A stretch of DNA of 64,000 bases from Leucoraja ocellata. Its lineage: Eukaryota. The translations under genes and the position numbers were made by a program. Shown here piece after piece: positions 62,234 to 64,000 of the stretch. The notes under the pieces are model-generated. The model had not been told where the DNA came from. It searched no databases and was given only the letters and a program-made list of their open reading frames with translations. Position 1 is the stretch's first letter. Every line of letters starts with the position of its first letter. The stretch spans positions 1,550,001-1,614,000 of the forward strand of contig JAWMAR010000077.1 of NCBI GenBank assembly GCA_036785375.1, written 5' to 3'.

Positions 62234-63673
62234 AAGAAGGGAGGGATGAGAGAAAACGGGGAATTACAGACCAGTTAGTCTAACATCGGTAGTGGGGAAA
62301 CTGCTAGAGTCAGTTATTAAAGATGGGATAGCAGCACATTTGGAAAGTGGTGAAATCATTGGACAAAGTCAGCATGGATTTACGAAAGGTAAATCATGTC
62401 TGACGAATCTTATAGAATTTTTCGAGGATGTAACTAGTAGCGTGGATAGAGGAGAACCAGTGGATGTGGTGTATCTGGACTTCCAGAAGGCTTTCGACAA
62501 GGTCCCACATAAGAGATTAGTATACAAACTTAAAGCACAAGGCATTGGGGGTTCAGTATTGATGTGGATAGAGAACTGGCTGGCAAACAGGAAGCAAAGA
62601 GTAGGAGTAAACGGGTCCTTTTCACAATGGCAGGCAGTGACTAGTGGGGTACCGCAAGGCTCAGTGCTGGGACCCCAGCTATTTACAATATATATTAATG
62701 ATCTGGATGAGGGAATTGAAGGCAATATCTCCAAGTTTGCGGATGACACTAAGCTGGGGGGCAGTGTTAGCTGTGAGGAGGATGCTAGGAGACTGCAAGG
62801 TGACTTGGATAGGCTGGGTGAGTGGGCAAATGTTTGGCAGATGCAGTATAATGTGGATAAATGTGAGGTTATCCATTTTGGTGGCAAAAACGGGAAAGCA
62901 GACTATTATCTAAATGGTGGCCGATTGGGAAAGGAGGAAATGCAGCGAGACCTGGGTGTCATGGTACACCAGTCATTGAAGGTAGGCATGCAGGTGCAGC
63001 AGGCAGTAAAGAAAGCGAATGGTATGTTAGCTTTCATTGCAAAAGGATTTGAGTATAGGAGCAGGGAGGTTCTACTGCAGTTGTACAGGGTCTTGGTGAG
63101 ACCACACCTGGAGTATTGCGTACAGTTTTGGTCTCCAAATCTGAGGAAGGACATTATTGCCATAGAGGGAGTGCAGAGACGGTTCACCAGACTGATTCCT
63201 GGGATGTCAGGACTGTCTTATGAAGAAAGACTGGATAGACTTGGTTTATACTCTCTAGAATTTAGGAGATTGAGAGGGGATCTTATAGAAACTTACAAAA
63301 TTCTTAAGGGGTTGGACAGGCTAGATGCAGGAAGATTGTTCCCGATGTTAGGGAAGTCCAGGACAAGCGGTCACAGCTTAAGGATAAGGGGGAAATCCTT
63401 TGAAACCGAGATGAGAAGAACTTTTTTCACACAGAGCGTGGTGAATCTCTGGAACTCTCTGCCACAGAGGGTAGTTGGGGCCAGTTCATTGGCTATATTT
63501 AAGAGGGAGTTAGATGTGGCCCTTGTAGCTAAGGGGATCAGTGGGTATGGAGAGAAGGCAGGTACGGGATACTGAGTTGGATGATCAGCCATGATCATAT
63601 TGAATGGCAGTGCAGGCTCGAAGGGCCGAATGGCCTACTCCTGCACCTAATTTCTATGTTTCTATGTTTCTAT
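62234..63673 (+). mobile_element. Very young 5'-truncated CR1 with open RT frame
   Basis: 427-aa ORF 62292-63575 differs from the full-length ORF2 at about 10 residues; (TTTCTATG)n tail. Confidence 0.96.
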
Positions 63674-64000
63674 GGTCTGTCCAACATGTCTCCTTCCAGT
63701 AATCCACATGGGTGGAGAATTCCAGAGATTCACATCACACTGTGAGAAGATTTGTTTTAACTACCCTCTTGAAAACAGTTTCGCTCGTCTGCAGGGGATT
63801 GTGAAGCGAATCCACGTGGGCTGTTAAAGTGATGGAAGGGTTTATTTGGCGGGGAATCTCCACCATCCAGCAGGCTGCCGCACTCAGGATATTCATGGAA
63901 TCAAAGGTGGGGAATAATGCTAGAAACGGCGCTGATGCAGAAGATCAGCCGTGAACGCAGAACCGGGGTTACGGATTCTCAACATACCAGCGGGGAGATG

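Noticed and set aside
63900-64000. Possible promoter and ATG of a next V segment at the window edge
   Set aside because: Only a terminal ATG in CpG-containing sequence; no leader or V visible

Overview
Repeat-rich vertebrate genomic DNA, most consistent with a cartilaginous fish (skate/ray-type CR1, Rex1, Penelope and HE1-like repeats; species is an inference). Two host genes can be reconstructed by hand on the + strand. One is a complete 6-exon SFRP4 (7566-35638, 340 aa; only exon 1 appears in the ORF track). The other, about 19.5 kb downstream, is an intact germline T-cell receptor gamma-type V segment (leader, 80-nt intron, V exon, 23-RSS; 55189-55672). A strong CTCF-type site lies between them. 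The rest is mostly mobile DNA: a full-length two-ORF CR1 LINE ending 248 bp upstream of the SFRP4 ATG, many truncated CR1 copies, nested Rex1/Babar LINEs, Penelope elements with 13-16 bp TSDs, a Vingi-like and an L1 fragment, a Tc1/pogo-type MITE and three tandem non-autonomous Helitrons. The most notable unannotated signals are: (i) an in-phase U_UUA_AAC -1 slippery heptamer at the ORF1 stop of two divergent CR1 families, with ORF2 in the -1 frame; (ii) repeated minimal hammerhead ribozyme cores in young Penelope termini, with inversion breakpoints at the ribozyme; (iii) the SFRP4-to-TRGV arrangement with a candidate insulator. TE boundaries are approximate unless a TSD is given.
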